Source: a virus
DNA length: 64,000 nt
Virus record (IMG/VR): IMGVR_UViG_3300045988_129218
Strand: one strand, 5' to 3'
Below are positions 17,322 through 26,383 of the stretch, piece after piece. A program made the position numbers and the translations under genes. Each line of letters starts with the position of its first letter. Position 1 is the stretch's first letter. A model generated the notes under the pieces. The model was not told where the DNA came from. It was given only the letters and a program-made list of their open reading frames with translations, and searched no databases.

Positions 17322-17818
17322 TACTGCTGCGCCTCCCTTTTGTTGTTAAGTAGTTCCAGATTTACGCGGGTGGCGTGAATGTCGATGAGCAGTTTAGATG
17401 CACCGTAGAGCAAACCACCGAAGAACATAGAAGCTACGGCAACGGCAACAGCCACAAAAAACAGAGTGGTTCCTGTTGTGCCGGATGAGTAGTAGGAGTA
17501 GCGCAACTGGCTGGCCGAGATGGCGATGGCGATAACATCAACAGCGCCGCACACCCAAGTAATCCATGCAAAGGCGGACAGCAGTTTGGAAGCGGTGCTT
17601 TTGTAGTAGTCATCGGGCGTTTTGGGGAGCGCCGCAACAGTTGCGGTTTCTTTAGCGGCTTCTTTGGACAGTTGCTCTTTGCGCTGTTGGGCTTGCGCGG
17701 CCTCCGCTGCTGCGCGAATGTCGCTTAACGGACAACCGCAGTTAGGGCACATTCCTTTTTCGGAAAAAATCGTTGGCACGGCCTTATAACCGCACTCCGG
17801 GCAGGTGATGAGGGCCAT
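17321..17818 (-). CDS. Zinc-ribbon membrane protein (165 aa)
   Basis: CPECGYKAV...CPNCGCPL then hydrophobic helices. AAGGAG RBS at the internal ATG. 1-nt stop/start overlap with the downstream gene. Confidence 0.55.
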   Translation of the reverse strand: MALITCPECGYKAVPTIFSEKGMCPNCGCPLSDIRAAAEAAQAQQRKEQLSKEAAKETATVAALPKTPDDYYKSTASKLLSAFAWITWVCGAVDVIAIAISASQLRYSYYSSGTTGTTLFFVAVAVAVASMFFGGLLYGASKLLIDIHATRVNLELLNNKREAQQ

Positions 17819-17964
17819 TTTTTGTTCTCCTTTCCATTTTTTGTGGGATTTTCGATGGGTGCTGTTCGCGCAAAAAGGGGAAACGCGCCCACACCCGGCG
17901 GGTGGTAGTATTTGTCGAGCGTGGGCGCGTGGTGCGCGTGTTGATGGGTGGGCGGCTGTTCGGG

Positions 17965-18507
17965 TCAATCCCAAATATGGGATTCGCAGTAAGCCGCCCA
18001 CTCGCTGTTCATGGTGTCGATGGCCTGTTCATGGTTTTCACCGTTGATGATCGCCTCCAGCGTTTTTCTCCCGGCGTTAGCTTTCGCGTCGTTGTCGGAT
18101 GCTGCAAAATCCTCGGCATCCAAATATGCCTTGGCGCGTGGATATTTTGCGTACAGGGCATCCATGTCATACTTCGGCTTGGGGCGGACGCCCACGCCGC
18201 CGCCGTTCTCGCCGTCAAAACTGGCATCAAATTCCAATTTCCAATTTACCAGATCGGCGCGGGCGGCTTCGATCTCCCGCAGTCCGGGAATGGCGCCGAT
18301 TTTTGCCCGCCGTTCCTGTTCGGCGCGGAGTCCAGCTTCGCGCTGCGCCAGCAGGGCGGCGACGATCTCCGGCTTTGCGGCTTTGATGGCGGCAAGAGCC
18401 GTTTTGTCAGCGCGGTACACAACAAGATTCCCGGTGGGCTGGCCGTGTTCGTCAATTTTCAGGGCGATTTTGTATCGTTGGATCAGCTCCTGTGCGTTCA
18501 TGTTCAA
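17965..18507 (-). CDS. Hypothetical protein (180 aa)
   Basis: ORF with start/stop overlap to its neighbour, in the leftward operon. Confidence 0.5.
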   Translation of the reverse strand: MNMNAQELIQRYKIALKIDEHGQPTGNLVVYRADKTALAAIKAAKPEIVAALLAQREAGLRAEQERRAKIGAIPGLREIEAARADLVNWKLEFDASFDGENGGGVGVRPKPKYDMDALYAKYPRAKAYLDAEDFAASDNDAKANAGRKTLEAIINGENHEQAIDTMNSEWAAYCESHIWD

Positions 18508-18818
18508 GATCCTCCCTTCAAATATGCTGCGTTTTCGCGCTCACAGCGTTCTTCCTCTGCCAAGGTTTCCGCGATCATGTCCGCGATCTGCTGCTGGGTC
18601 TTGTAGCGGGTGGCGATGCCGACCTTAATAACGTCCTCATCGTGATAGACTGTCCATTCTTCACGATCCCAGTGATACTTTCCCCATACATCGCCGGTGG
18701 ATTTGTCGTAAAAAATCTCCACATACTCCCCCGTGCGGGAGCCGAGGCCCTTGGTGGAGTCGGAGGCGTTGGCCAATGTTTCCAAGTTGATGTTCCGCCC
18801 GTGGGTGTTGATCTCCAT
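18504..18818 (-). CDS. Hypothetical protein (104 aa)
   Basis: ORF in the leftward operon. Protein-like composition. Confidence 0.5.
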   Translation of the reverse strand: MEINTHGRNINLETLANASDSTKGLGSRTGEYVEIFYDKSTGDVWGKYHWDREEWTVYHDEDVIKVGIATRYKTQQQIADMIAETLAEEERCERENAAYLKGGS

Positions 18819-18905
18819 GTTCTGTTCCTCCTTAAAAATTTACTTTTGCTTAATTTTACCACGGTTTTGCCGGGGGTGCAACGGGGAGTTTGCGGGGGTG
18901 GGTAT

Positions 18906-20789
18906 TCACATTCCGGGGAGTGCCACAAGGGCGCTGCCGGAGGTGATGAGCATGGACGGGTCGGCGATGGTCTTTTCGTAGCTGTCCGCACCCTGGAAAT
19001 CATCAATGACGGCCTGTTCTTCGGCGGTCATGTCGGCGTAGTGCTTTTTGCCGTAGGTGGGCGGCAGCCAGTTCTTTTTCTGACCGGCAAAGATGTTCAG
19101 ACGGTCGATGATGCGGGACGCCTCCGGCTTAAACTTGATGTGGCAGGTACCCTTTTTGTAGAAGGTGCAGGTAAAATAGGTGAAATCCGCCTTGTTGGTG
19201 TAGGCTTCGTTGGCGATGCGGACGGCGCGATCTATGGGTGTGTGGAAAGTAGTTTCGCCGCGGTCCAGATAGTTCATTGCCCGCTCCAAGTCGGATATGA
19301 GGCAGTTTACCCGCCAAGCGTCCAGACCGCCCCCATAGGTGGCGTGGCAGCCGTTGGAGGGGATGATGACCTTCATACCCACTTTGTGGGCCTTGTTCGT
19401 CGCCCAGCCGTTATAGTAATGGATGTTGTTGGCGCACTCCGGGTACCAGCTGTGCTTGGCGGAAAACTGCTCGAACAGGTCGAGGATGGAATCCTCCACG
19501 CCGCGGGAGAGCTGGTGGGCGATCTCGCGCATGACAGTCTCGATGTTGTACCGGGAGAAATCGTACTCGGAGAGAGATTCAACTTTACTATTGTAATCCT
19601 GCTGCATGGCGGAGGTCATTTTCTCTGTGAGCTCCGGGCGGCGCAGGAGGTTCCCCCAATACTTGGCGCGGAGACCGAAAAGGTAGCTGTTCAGGATGGT
19701 GGCGTTGTTGCCGGTGTTCCTGCTGCCCACCTTGAGGGACAGGAGGGGTTCTCCGTGATCTTTGCCGGGGTCCATGTAGGGACGGAGGGCGGCGAACTCG
19801 TTGATAAGCTTTTCGCCCAGGGCGGCCTCGAAGTTATATCCATCGATCATGTTCTGCAGCCAGTCGGCGGAGGCAAGGTCGGTGGCCTGTTCGCTGTTTT
19901 CGGTGCTGTTCTCGCTGGCGCGGCGCAGGGAGGAAAGAATATCGCTGGGGATTTCTTTTTTCGGTATGTTCACATAGACCAGCGCGATCTCCACGTCGGT
20001 GGGGCGCTGGGCATGGCGGAAGGCGTTTTCAATGAACTCAATGCGGGCGTTGTGTTCGTGCAGTTTCTGCACAAGCACTTTTCGCCGGTTGGTGTAGGGA
20101 TTGCGGATGGTTTCCGCGTTCAGAAGACACACGATCTGACCGCCGCGCTCCATGAGGGAAAGTGCGTGCAAAAGGTGTTCGTCGCCGTTGTCAAAGGGCG
20201 GATTCATAATGCAGAGGTCATATTGCTTGCGGGTGTGAAAGGTGAGAAAATCGTCGTGGACCACAAGCAGCCCTTTTCCGCGCAGAAGGGCGGCAAGGTC
20301 GCTGTCGCGCTCGATGCAGTCTATATAGGGTTCTCGCTGGTGGATAAACACGCGGCGGCTGTTTCTGGTATCATTCACGAAGCGGGAAACGGCGTCGGCA
20401 AGGTCGCCTTTACCGGCGGAGGGTTCGAGGATAGAAAAAACATTTTTCCAGTCCACGCAGGAGAGCATTTTCCCCGCCAGTTTGGAGGGCGTGGGGTAAA
20501 AGCCGCTGTTGCTGAAGGACGGCAGGCGGCGGAGATCGGCGGCGGCGCTGTTCGGCACGATGGCGCCGTTCTCGCTGTACCAGTCGCGGATCTTCTTTTT
20601 CGCTCCGGCGATGGTGGAGGCGCGGCCCAGATAGTCGCCGCGGTCGTCGTCGCCGGTGGTGGCGCTGACGATGTACTCATTTTTGCCGTAGTAGGAGCTG
20701 GGCTTAATCTCGGCGATCTGGGAGCCGTGGGCAAATACGGCGATGTGTTCATCTCCGAAGCGGTTTTTTTCGGTGTGGTAGGTAAACAT
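18906..20789 (-). CDS. Orphan SAM-dependent DNA methyltransferase (N6-adenine type) with long C-terminal extension
   Basis: ILEPSAGKGDLA (motif I) and DLCIMNPPFDNG (motif IV). No adjacent restriction endonuclease recognised. Confidence 0.75.
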   Translation of the reverse strand: MFTYHTEKNRFGDEHIAVFAHGSQIAEIKPSSYYGKNEYIVSATTGDDDRGDYLGRASTIAGAKKKIRDWYSENGAIVPNSAAADLRRLPSFSNSGFYPTPSKLAGKMLSCVDWKNVFSILEPSAGKGDLADAVSRFVNDTRNSRRVFIHQREPYIDCIERDSDLAALLRGKGLLVVHDDFLTFHTRKQYDLCIMNPPFDNGDEHLLHALSLMERGGQIVCLLNAETIRNPYTNRRKVLVQKLHEHNARIEFIENAFRHAQRPTDVEIALVYVNIPKKEIPSDILSSLRRASENSTENSEQATDLASADWLQNMIDGYNFEAALGEKLINEFAALRPYMDPGKDHGEPLLSLKVGSRNTGNNATILNSYLFGLRAKYWGNLLRRPELTEKMTSAMQQDYNSKVESLSEYDFSRYNIETVMREIAHQLSRGVEDSILDLFEQFSAKHSWYPECANNIHYYNGWATNKAHKVGMKVIIPSNGCHATYGGGLDAWRVNCLISDLERAMNYLDRGETTFHTPIDRAVRIANEAYTNKADFTYFTCTFYKKGTCHIKFKPEASRIIDRLNIFAGQKKNWLPPTYGKKHYADMTAEEQAVIDDFQGADSYEKTIADPSMLITSGSALVALPGM

Positions 20790-20828
20790 GGGCGGTGGCC
20801 TCCTTGTGGATTTTTGGTTGTTGTGGTG

Positions 20829-20850
20829 ATTATATCTGCCGTGTCAAGGT
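20829..20850 (-). promoter_or_regulatory. Island motif ccTTGACAcgg-N4-TATAAT
   Basis: Minus-strand read, ~40 nt upstream of the methylase start. Confidence 0.5.
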
Positions 20851-20867
20851 TGATTTTGCGGGGGTGT

Positions 20868-21572
20868 TCATGCGGATTTTTGGGCGGCGTGCTTGCGTAC
20901 CGGCAGCAGGATCCCGAAGCCGCCCGCACTCTCGAAGTAGATGCCGCCAATATCCGGGCGGTAGCTGGATGCCCGGAAGGACGCACCGGGAAGAATTTCC
21001 ACAATATCAAGCAGGAAACGGGCGTCAACGGCGGGAAGGCCGTCGCCGAAGTCGTACAGGGGGAATTTTTCCTTCATTCCTGCCGCCTTCAGCTCCGCGC
21101 CGCGCTGCTTGATATAGGCGCGAAGCTCCGCCGCCGTGGGTACGGGCAGATATGCACCGCTGTTCCGGCTGGCTGGCTCGATGCAGTTCAGCGCGTCGAA
21201 GGTCTGATTTTCTGCCGCTGGAAGGTCGTTGATCGGGCTGTTCAGGGCGATGGCAAGATAACCGTTGCACAAAATTTGCTTTCCGTCCTGTTCCCACGCG
21301 CCGCGCAGATCGTCCCGTGAGGAGGTCTTGAAGATATGAAGCGCGGCTTTTCTGGCGTTGCCGCGTCCGGCGGTTTTCGCGGCCTGCTGGGCGATGCCCT
21401 CCCGGAGATCGGCGGCGAGGTCTGCCAGGGCAAAACCGGCGTTATATCCGGCGCACTTGTGCAGCTCCGCCGCGTGGGTGGTGTAGTAGTTGAAGGCGTC
21501 CCGCTGTTCATCCGGCAGACGCTCCACCGCTGCCAGCAGTTTTTCCAAAATTTTTTCGTAGTTGATAGCCAT
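20868..21572 (-). CDS. Hypothetical protein (234 aa)
   Basis: GGAGG RBS at the internal ATG (MAINYEK...). Confidence 0.5.
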   Translation of the reverse strand: MAINYEKILEKLLAAVERLPDEQRDAFNYYTTHAAELHKCAGYNAGFALADLAADLREGIAQQAAKTAGRGNARKAALHIFKTSSRDDLRGAWEQDGKQILCNGYLAIALNSPINDLPAAENQTFDALNCIEPASRNSGAYLPVPTAAELRAYIKQRGAELKAAGMKEKFPLYDFGDGLPAVDARFLLDIVEILPGASFRASSYRPDIGGIYFESAGGFGILLPVRKHAAQKSA

Positions 21573-21650
21573 TTTATAAACCTCCATTTTTCGCGCTGTG
21601 GGTGCTGTTCGTGTTTGTGGGTGGGGCGGCATCCGCCGCCCCGGTGGGGA

Positions 21651-22931
21651 TTAGTCGGGCTGGTCGGGATTTTCGCCGCGCTTCCAGCGGCGGAACACGG
21701 AAAGCGCGTTAGTTTCGTTGCGGCGGTGCAGCTCCTGAAGGAAAAACCGGGCAACATCCAACTTTTCCGCATCGTTGGGGCTGATGGTGAAAATAGCGCG
21801 TTCGAGCTGTTCATCCGTCAGCATTTGCACCGATTCCAGAATGTCGGCGAAGTCCTGGCGGGCCTGTTCCTGCTCCTGTTGTGCCTGTTCAGCCTTGCGG
21901 CGCTTGTATTCTTCCAGCCAGGGCGCGGGCATGACGGAGACCACGCGCACGCCCTCGGTGTACTGTTCCAGCAGGTCGGCCACGGCGACGATGGCCGCGC
22001 CGGTCTCCTTGTCCTCGTCGGTGGGCTTGCCGCTGCCAAAATTGCCCTTGTCGCGCAGGAACGCGCCAAAGCTGCGAATGTGGGCGATGAGTCCGCCCTC
22101 GTTGTCGCCCAGGTCATAGCGGCCTTCATAGGTGCTCGGCTCGCCGTCGGCGTCGGTATACGCAATGGAAAAGCTGGTTTTGTCATAGCCGCGTTCCTGG
22201 TCGGCGGAAATTTTTTCGTCCAGCGTCTTGAAAATGATCTCGGCGGCGGCGACGGAGAATTTCATACCATCATCAAAAGCGCCGTTTTCGCTCCATTCTA
22301 CGGTGACGACCGGGACGCCGTCCTTGATAGGGTGTTCGGCGGCGGTCTGTTCGATGAAAGCGCGGTTTTCGTTGCGGGTGCGGATGGCCTTTTCCCGGCG
22401 TTCCAGCTGTTCGGCGTGTTCACGCGCCAGCCGCGCCGACTCGGCGGCGGTGTTCATCTCGTGGACGGCTTCCACGTCGGCGGCGGTGGGGTGGCCTTTG
22501 GGCAGGGTGGCCAACTCGGCGGCGTTGCGGTCAAACTGTGCCTGCCGCCGGTCGATCTCGGCGCGGATGTCCTCCGGCTTGCGCCAGTGGTAGCGGCCCG
22601 GCTGCTGGGCGTCCTGGGCGTCCTGTTCCAGCTTGGCGATATACTCAGGCTCGCCGCGCATGGCAGACTTCAGGGCGGCGGCGCGGACGTACTTGTAAAG
22701 CGGGTGCGCCGGGGTCAGGGTGGCGCTGTCGCTGTCGAAATAGTCGGTGTAAAGGTCGGTTTCGTTCTTGACTTTGAACATATCGCGGGGAAGGTCGGCA
22801 TAATCGCGGGCGCTGATTGTCACGCTGTCGCTTTTGCTGTCGGTGAAGTAGAAGCAGCGGATCAGCTTTCCGCCGTTTACCTTGATTCCGTTGTAAAAGA
22901 ATTTGATGGTTTCTGTTTTGTTGGTGTTCAT
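21651..22931 (-). CDS. Hypothetical protein (426 aa), acidic/coiled-coil middle
   Basis: AGGAGG RBS. First gene after the motif at 22953-22974. Confidence 0.55.
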   Translation of the reverse strand: MNTNKTETIKFFYNGIKVNGGKLIRCFYFTDSKSDSVTISARDYADLPRDMFKVKNETDLYTDYFDSDSATLTPAHPLYKYVRAAALKSAMRGEPEYIAKLEQDAQDAQQPGRYHWRKPEDIRAEIDRRQAQFDRNAAELATLPKGHPTAADVEAVHEMNTAAESARLAREHAEQLERREKAIRTRNENRAFIEQTAAEHPIKDGVPVVTVEWSENGAFDDGMKFSVAAAEIIFKTLDEKISADQERGYDKTSFSIAYTDADGEPSTYEGRYDLGDNEGGLIAHIRSFGAFLRDKGNFGSGKPTDEDKETGAAIVAVADLLEQYTEGVRVVSVMPAPWLEEYKRRKAEQAQQEQEQARQDFADILESVQMLTDEQLERAIFTISPNDAEKLDVARFFLQELHRRNETNALSVFRRWKRGENPDQPD

Positions 22932-22952
22932 TTTGTGTTCCTCCTGTTGTGT

Positions 22953-22974
22953 AGTCTGTTCCCCGTGTCAAGGG
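22953..22974 (-). promoter_or_regulatory. Island motif cccTTGACAcgg-N4-CAGACT
   Basis: Minus-strand read, ~20 nt upstream of the RBS of 21651-22931. Confidence 0.5.
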
Positions 22975-23141
22975 AACGAATTTACTTTTCTCGATGGGGT
23001 GGAGCTGGTGCGCCCAACTCCCCAGAGGCGGCGCGGCGGCTGTTCAGCGTTTGCGGGGCTGGTCGATCCAGTCCAGCAGACGAACAAAAAGCGCCGCCAG
23101 GGTGGCGGCGCCGGTGGCGGTGACGATGAAGGAAAAGGCGG

Positions 23142-23567
23142 TCATAGGGCGGCGGCCTCCTTTCTGTAGATTTTCCAGTTTTCGCAAGTGGTCATTGTGC
23201 GGCTGCCCGGTAAAACGGTATCGCAATATAGGCCGGTTTCGACCGTGCGAAACTCGCAGCGATCCAGATATAAGAGACTGTTTTCGTTGGCCTGTTCTTC
23301 TGTGAGTGCGTAGGGACGCAGACAGCAGACAACGGCGCCGGAGTGGGCGAAATACTCGCCGGGGGCGGCGTTCTTGGCGGTCAGCTCCGGCAACACGTCG
23401 GCGCAGGTCGCGCCGCGCAGAAAATGCGCCTCGATGTATGCGGGGCGCTGGGCCTCCGGGATGGCGGGCAGGTTGTGCAAGTGGTGGCGGGCAAGCTGGG
23501 CGGCCTGCTCCTTTGTGGCCTCGTGCCAGGGGGTGAAGCGTCCCCGGATTTCGATTTTCTCTTGCAT
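23142..23567 (-). CDS. Hypothetical protein (141 aa)
   Basis: ORF with GGAAAGGAGAAC RBS-like sequence upstream. Confidence 0.5.
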   Translation of the reverse strand: MQEKIEIRGRFTPWHEATKEQAAQLARHHLHNLPAIPEAQRPAYIEAHFLRGATCADVLPELTAKNAAPGEYFAHSGAVVCCLRPYALTEEQANENSLLYLDRCEFRTVETGLYCDTVLPGSRTMTTCENWKIYRKEAAAL

Positions 23568-23669
23568 GGTGTTCTCCTTTCCGCCCGGTTTCGGGCATGA
23601 AAAAGCGCTCCCGGAAAATCTCCGGGGGCGCTGTTCGTGTTTTGCCCCGCATTTTTCCGGGGCTGCTGT

Positions 23670-23933
23670 TCAGGTGGTGGGGGTGGTCTGCTCCGGCTGT
23701 TCCGCCGGGGCGGGCTGTTCCGCGGTCATCGTCTGGCCGTCCGGCAGGTGGAAGGACACCGAGAAGCCACAGCCCAGGGCGGCGGCGATGGCGGCCAGAT
23801 CGGACACGCTCCAATTATCGCGGCGTATTTTCTGGCTGATGTTTTGCGGCGTGGTATTCGTCCGCCGTGCAAGTTCGCTTGCGTTTCCGTCGCACTCCAG
23901 AAGAACGCGGCGCACAAGTTTAGAAATCTGCAT
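23670..23933 (-). CDS. XRE-type helix-turn-helix regulator (87 aa)
   Basis: NASELARRTNTTPQNISQKIRRDNWSVSDLAAIAAALG HTH pattern. Divergent from the rightward operon across an AT-rich gap. Confidence 0.7.
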   Translation of the reverse strand: MQISKLVRRVLLECDGNASELARRTNTTPQNISQKIRRDNWSVSDLAAIAAALGCGFSVSFHLPDGQTMTAEQPAPAEQPEQTTPTT

Positions 23934-23966
23934 TTTATAACACCTCTTTCCGGGCGGCCTGCTTAT

Positions 23967-23996
23967 AGTCTACCGGCAAAACCGCTTTTTGTGCAT
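23967..23996 (-). promoter_or_regulatory. Promoter (ATGCAC-N18-TAGACT) with TAGTCTACCGG box
   Basis: Same 35-nt block as at 10937-10966. Confidence 0.4.
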
Positions 23997-24161
23997 AGAT
24001 TAAACTAATTTATTGATTTTGTCAATATGCACATTTCAGGGTTAAATTATTTGTTAAATCTGACGATTGAAAAATGTAATTATATAGTTTAATATTGTAA
24101 GTGCAAAAGCAAATACAAATTTTGATTTTTGGAGGCCGACAGGCCGGAAAGGACCCACAAC

Positions 24162-24944
24162 ATGAAAAAGTATTTCAATGTAAGTTTCCAGTACAGCGAA
24201 AGCGTTTACTGCGCCAACATCGCACACGCCGAGAGCGCCGAGGCCGTGGAGGCGCACTATTCCGCAAAATATGAGTGGTGCAAGGTCCCCGAGGCCACCG
24301 CCGCCGACGTGGAGGAAGCCAAGCGGAAGGGAAAACCGATTGTTGAAATCGAGACCCCGACCGCCCGCGCCGAGTGGGAGAGCATGAGCGGGGAGCAACA
24401 GTATAACGCTCTTGTGGCGATGGCCTGGACCGTGCGCCGGAAGGCAGAGGCCCGCAACCAGACCGGCGCCGCGTGGATCGAGACCGAGGAAGACGCGCAG
24501 ACCGTAGCCGCCGACGCCTGGACTCGGATGGGCGCCGCGCTGGATCGTAACGACGCCCAGGACGCGCCCGCGCCGCTGGCGGTGATCCTGTACCGGGCAG
24601 CAGCCCAGGCCGCGCACAGCATAAGCAGGGCCGAGCAGAGACACGCCCGCGCCATATCCGCCACCATTGACGACGACGGCGCCGAGCGCTGGCAGATCGA
24701 CACCGAGGCCGGGACGGACTGCGACGCGATAGCACCCAGCCCGGAGGCCGCCGCGATCCTGCGGGAGAGCGTGGAGAGCGTCGCCCGGGATCAGGTGGAC
24801 CGCGTAGCGCTGACCATGACCGCCCGCGGGTACACTACGGCGGAAATAGCCGCCGCGCTGATGGTTGACCGGTCCACCATTTCCCGCCGCCTTTACGCCA
24901 TGCGGGACCGCTACCACGCGCAGCAGGACAACGCCCAGGACTAA
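24162..24944 (+). CDS. Regulator with C-terminal sigma-70-region-4 / LuxR-like HTH
   Basis: DRVALTMTARGYTTAEIAAALMVDRSTISRRLYAMRDR at the C-terminus. ATG at 24162. Confidence 0.5.
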   Translation: MKKYFNVSFQYSESVYCANIAHAESAEAVEAHYSAKYEWCKVPEATAADVEEAKRKGKPIVEIETPTARAEWESMSGEQQYNALVAMAWTVRRKAEARNQTGAAWIETEEDAQTVAADAWTRMGAALDRNDAQDAPAPLAVILYRAAAQAAHSISRAEQRHARAISATIDDDGAERWQIDTEAGTDCDAIAPSPEAAAILRESVESVARDQVDRVALTMTARGYTTAEIAAALMVDRSTISRRLYAMRDRYHAQQDNAQD

Positions 24945-24987
24945 CCACGGACGCGCCCAGCAGGGCGCAGGAAGGAGACAAGACACC

Positions 24988-25263
24988 ATGACGACCAACA
25001 ACACCACCAGCCCGGAGAACCTGTACAACATCGCCCCAGAGGGCAAAGCGCAGCTATACACCGCCGCGGAGATCAGAGCCGCAGCAGCGGACGGCCTGCA
25101 GATCTGGCTTGACGTGGGCCGCCGCTGGCCCCGCGTCCCGTGCCGTATGGCCGCCACCGTGCGCGGATGGGTAACGGCAGTAGGGGAACACGGCGCAATA
25201 TATCAAGCATGGGCCGGAGACTTCCACGGCAGCCCCAGCCCCGCCGAGATCGTCACCGCCTGA
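24988..25263 (+). CDS. Hypothetical protein (91 aa)
   Basis: AAGGAG RBS before the internal ATG. Confidence 0.4.
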   Translation: MTTNNTTSPENLYNIAPEGKAQLYTAAEIRAAAADGLQIWLDVGRRWPRVPCRMAATVRGWVTAVGEHGAIYQAWAGDFHGSPSPAEIVTA

Positions 25264-26341
25264 CCCAGAACAGACAACCGAAGAAGCCTAAACCAGCACC
25301 GCCAGGACGGAACCAAAACCGCCCCAGCGGTGCTAATTTTATGCCCGTGCGGATTTTTGACAATGCCCCCGGAAATATAGAAAACGGACAGAAACGCCCC
25401 GCCACGCGTTCCGAGCGCTGAAGGAATGCCCCGACACCGACCACCAAAGAAAAACACCGCCAGCAGCCCCGCAGAGGGCAAAGAAGCGGGAAAGACCGCC
25501 GCCAGCCTTTACGCGTGCGCGCGCGTTTATTCCGGGCGCGATTGAATAAAATATAATATCATCCCTTATAGTTGATAGTACAACTTACAACAGCAGCACA
25601 GCACACCACCACCCAGCGCCGCAGATTATCATACCATACCGCCAACAACAGCCACCAGCAACGGACATCAACGCCACTATAACGACAACCGCCCAACGCC
25701 GCCAGGGGAGGAGGGGAGAGGAGTCGCCCGGCGGCCTATGTTCCGGGCCAAACGGCTGACAGCCGACGACCACCGGCGGCAGCAGGTGCACCAGCCCCAC
25801 GCGCTACCCATCCGACAGACGGCGGCCACCACCGGCGAGGACTGCCGGGGGACGAGAGAAACCGGAAGAAACACCCCACCATTACCAAAAATGCAAGAAA
25901 ACTTGCAAGAAAAAGAGTTTCCGTGCGCATTACATACAATAATGCGCACACAAACGGGCGGCGCGGCGGTCTTATCTTGCAAAATTGGCGTAAAAATGCA
26001 GGACGGCAGCCCCCGCGCCATGCCCAATATCAGCGGTGCCCACCGCCTGCCAAGCATCAAGGGGGGAGGTTTACAATTCCGAAGGGCAAAAGAAAAGCGC
26101 CGTGCGCCGCAACTCTCCTCCCCGCTCCCATGTTCCCCTCTCCGGCACACCAATCCGCGCTTCTCACGCAAGTTACCGGAAAGTTAGGGGTAGGGGGGGT
26201 GGTTTTGAAACCGGGTCGAAAAAAAGAAACGGTCAAAAGGCCGAGGTCGAAAAATAAAAATTTCGGCGGGCGCAAGCGCCATATATGTGAGGGGGAGGTA
26301 CGACCTTTGTGCGGCGGTGGTGCGAGGGCGGCGGCATGGTG
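25264..26341 (+). other. ~1.1 kb tract without a convincing ORF; strand-skewed composition, hairpin and short direct repeats
   Basis: All track ORFs here have non-protein-like composition and no RBS. 10-bp hairpin at 25923-25949. TGCAAGAAAA x2 at 25892 and 25904. GGTCGAAAAA at 26214 and 26245. Confidence 0.45.
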
Positions 26342-26360
26342 TTGACACGGGTGTTATGTG
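26342..26360 (+). promoter_or_regulatory. Island motif TTGACAcgg-N4-TATGTG (upstream copy)
   Basis: Plus-strand read, 45 nt before the second copy. Confidence 0.45.
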
Positions 26361-26383
26361 GAGGTGAAAAAGTTTTTCTGTTT

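Noticed and set aside
18492-21320. 942-aa ORF on the plus strand
   Set aside because: It is antisense to genes with clear methylase motifs and RBSs. Its composition is G/V/A/L-rich and low-complexity, typical of open antisense frames in high-GC DNA. It has no RBS.
20868-21572. Sliding-clamp (DnaN C-terminal)-like similarity in ...VDARFLLDIVEILPGASF...GILLPVRK
   Set aside because: The resemblance is confined to a short C-terminal stretch and recalled from memory. It is not enough to call.
25738-26187. 149-aa ORF inside the 1.1 kb tract
   Set aside because: No RBS, R/P/T/Q-rich composition, and it overlaps equally long ORFs in other frames.
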